From an uncultured Nitrososphaeraceae archaeon (lineage in GTDB: Archaea > Thermoproteota > Nitrososphaeria > Nitrososphaerales > Nitrososphaeraceae): a stretch of 44,119 nt of DNA. Below the pieces are notes generated by a model that saw only the letters and a list, made by a program, of their open reading frames with translations, had not been told where the DNA came from and did no database searches. The DNA lies in contig CAWIMJ010000037.1 in the NCBI GenBank assembly GCA_963837175.1, positions 1 to 44,119 on the forward strand, written 5' to 3'. Within the stretch, counting starts at the first letter, position 1; each line of letters begins with the position of its first letter. Shown one piece after another: positions 42,224 to 44,119 of the stretch. Position numbers and translations under genes: made by a program.

Positions 42224-43380
42224 TTCTGGTTTGTATACTCCTTTACAATTGTCATTAAATCTTTAAGAGCTACTCCTAATCGATTGGAATAATTTAGATA
42301 ATACGCACCTTTGATGCTGTTTGTAATCACAGAATCAACTTCATCTCTAGTAACGAGAGGAGTAAGGCATGTACATGAATCACATATAAACTCACCCCCT
42401 GCTTTTTCTATCCTATCAGTTAAACCAATCTGTGTTGCCTGTTTGTGAATTGCTCGCGCACAGTAAATAAGACAGCGTTTCTTAAACTTCTTTCCTTCTA
42501 ATAATTTATCAAGCAGATTTAGCTCGCTCATTCCAAGTTGGGGGCTTCCAAGAGTAATTAAATCACCATCTTCTGAGGTATTTAGCTCGTCTTTAATTAT
42601 ATTACACTCTTTTTTTCCATATGAAATCACCTCTTCAGTTTTTTCTCCCAGAGTAAACATGCCGCATGAACCAGATGTACCAATAGCTGCTGAAATAGAT
42701 TTCATCTTTATGGTTTTTGGTTTTACTGCAATACTCTCGAATGCAACACAGCTATCTTTTACTACTTTTCCTGCAAAATACCCAAGTAATCCATAATCTA
42801 ATTCTGTTTCGAGCTTAAAATTAGGTTTAATAACAACTTTAGGATGTCTAAATTCTTCAATTCGGAGATCTGAAAGTGGTGCTTTTCCAGTCACTGAACT
42901 AGCGAGCGCGCTTAATGAACTTTCTTTATTAGTCAGCAATCCTAACATTGAGTTTGAAAAAACTGCAGCATTACTTTCAGCAAAACTTACCATACTTCCT
43001 TTTTCTGGAATATCAAATATCTCATATGGAATACAAGTAAATGAAGGTATTGTTCCTATGGCCTCGTATGATTTCACTATACTCATTTGTTTTTTAACAA
43101 AATTCTCGGCTAGGTTATTAGTTTTATTTCTGTCAAAACCCATCGGATTTATAGTAGTTTTTACTGCAACTTTGGCATTACTACTGAATTTTTCAAGAAA
43201 TTGAACACCAGAATCACCAATAGTATTGTAATTTACTCCAGATATGTGTACCCATTTTATAGGAACAAGCTTCTCTGCATCAGTAGCTTCGCCAATAGCT
43301 AACAAAATTCTATACGCAGAGGAGACTGTTTCACCTTGATCGCCATTTAGAGATTTTTCCTCATCGGCTGTAAGTTGCAT
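42220..43380 (-). CDS. Aconitase X large subunit, DUF521; putative phosphomevalonate dehydratase subunit
   Basis: MQLTADEE start (ATG 43380), HISGVNY, TCIPY, AESNA, LGSPQ, DSCTC and TNSIKG. Confidence 0.93.
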   Translation of the reverse strand: MQLTADEEKSLNGDQGETVSSAYRILLAIGEATDAEKLVPIKWVHISGVNYNTIGDSGVQFLEKFSSNAKVAVKTTINPMGFDRNKTNNLAENFVKKQMSIVKSYEAIGTIPSFTCIPYEIFDIPEKGSMVSFAESNAAVFSNSMLGLLTNKESSLSALASSVTGKAPLSDLRIEEFRHPKVVIKPNFKLETELDYGLLGYFAGKVVKDSCVAFESIAVKPKTIKMKSISAAIGTSGSCGMFTLGEKTEEVISYGKKECNIIKDELNTSEDGDLITLGSPQLGMSELNLLDKLLEGKKFKKRCLIYCARAIHKQATQIGLTDRIEKAGGEFICDSCTCLTPLVTRDEVDSVITNSIKGAYYLNYSNRLGVALKDLMTIVKEYTNQN

Positions 43381-44119
43381 AAATAAAAAAACACATAACA
43401 CAGAATATAAGAACTCTTCTCTACCAGGGGATTTTAAAGACTTAAGGCAAAAATCTGAACTTCCGAAAATGGTGTCCATAATATTTTTCCTACTAATAGA
43501 GACAATTAATGTTTTGAAAATAAGCAATAATTACCGTTTAATAAAAATATATCAAAAAACATCTGAAAGGAAAAAGGTTGAAAAGAATAAGGAATAAAAA
43601 CAGGATCCCTTTCATTTTCAAATAGAATTATTTTTGGAGTTGAAAAGTATACATCGTTTAAGTGTGAGGGGATATAGTATTTTTTATAAAAATACAATCC
43701 CAATTGCTAAGTTATTATTTTTATGAAGACTTTTCAATGCTTTCTTGTTAAGGTCAAAAGTTTATTAACTAAGTTAGTAGGTATGCCCTTTAATTCTAAG
43801 TTTAAAAATTTCCTTATATTGAGCCATTAGAAATTCTTGGGCTCGATCCTATTTCTTCTACCTAATGTTTTTTGGAATATGATTCATAATCACTTAAATT
43901 ATATTCAAATTATGATATTCGCGAAAATAGGTGTTTAACACCACCTCCAATCAAACCGTAGTATAAACATGTTAATTTAATAGTAAGATGGAATTGAGAT
44001 TTATATCTACAGATTAAGCATTCGCTGGAAATTTTAGAAAGTAGTCAATAATAATGTTGGACACGATCAATTCGCTTATCTGATTGTGTTAAAACTATTT
44101 CTATTATAATTATATATAA

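Noticed and set aside
782-42292. Many antisense or alternate-frame ORFs in the track (e.g. 782-964, 2340-2645, 9719-10141, 17031-17615, 37121-37366)
   Set aside because: Shadows of well-supported genes with no motifs.
43381-43527. 49-aa N-terminal extension of the AcnX large subunit
   Set aside because: Family-like sequence begins at MQLTADEE (ATG 43380).
1-44119. CRISPR array, rRNA, integrase or prophage
   Set aside because: No regularly spaced repeats or recognisable genes. No att-like duplication of the tRNA 3' ends was noticed.

Overview
AT-rich chromosomal window from an ammonia-oxidising archaeon, most likely soil Nitrososphaeraceae. This is inferred from TFE, GTP cyclohydrolase III, aconitase X subunits, a stand-alone rps11, archaeal SRP RNA and Nitrososphaera-type secreted proteins. 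Core content: a six-gene riboflavin cluster (ribC-ribB-ribH-gch3-amidohydrolase-arfC), pmm-thiL, rtcB with a PDCD5-like gene, tfe, Lrp, Ncs6/TtuA, LhgO, a DEAD-box helicase, AcnX, three tRNAs and SRP RNA. Decayed DNA lies between these genes, including three eroded IS6 elements and two near-identical copies of a 112-bp TA-targeting MITE, one nested in an IS6 relic that keeps its 8-bp target duplication. Best leads: (1) an HxxE-type amidohydrolase inside the rib operon, a candidate for the unassigned archaeal pyrimidine deaminase; (2) a DsbA plus CxxC membrane protein pair next to a cupredoxin; (3) an HTH-fused class III cyclase with non-canonical catalytic residues; (4) the MITE; (5) micro-proteins missed by the ORF track; (6) two +1 frameshifts in the same 8-nt context. 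No CRISPR array, rRNA or integrase was seen. All family calls come from motif recognition by eye, not database searches.
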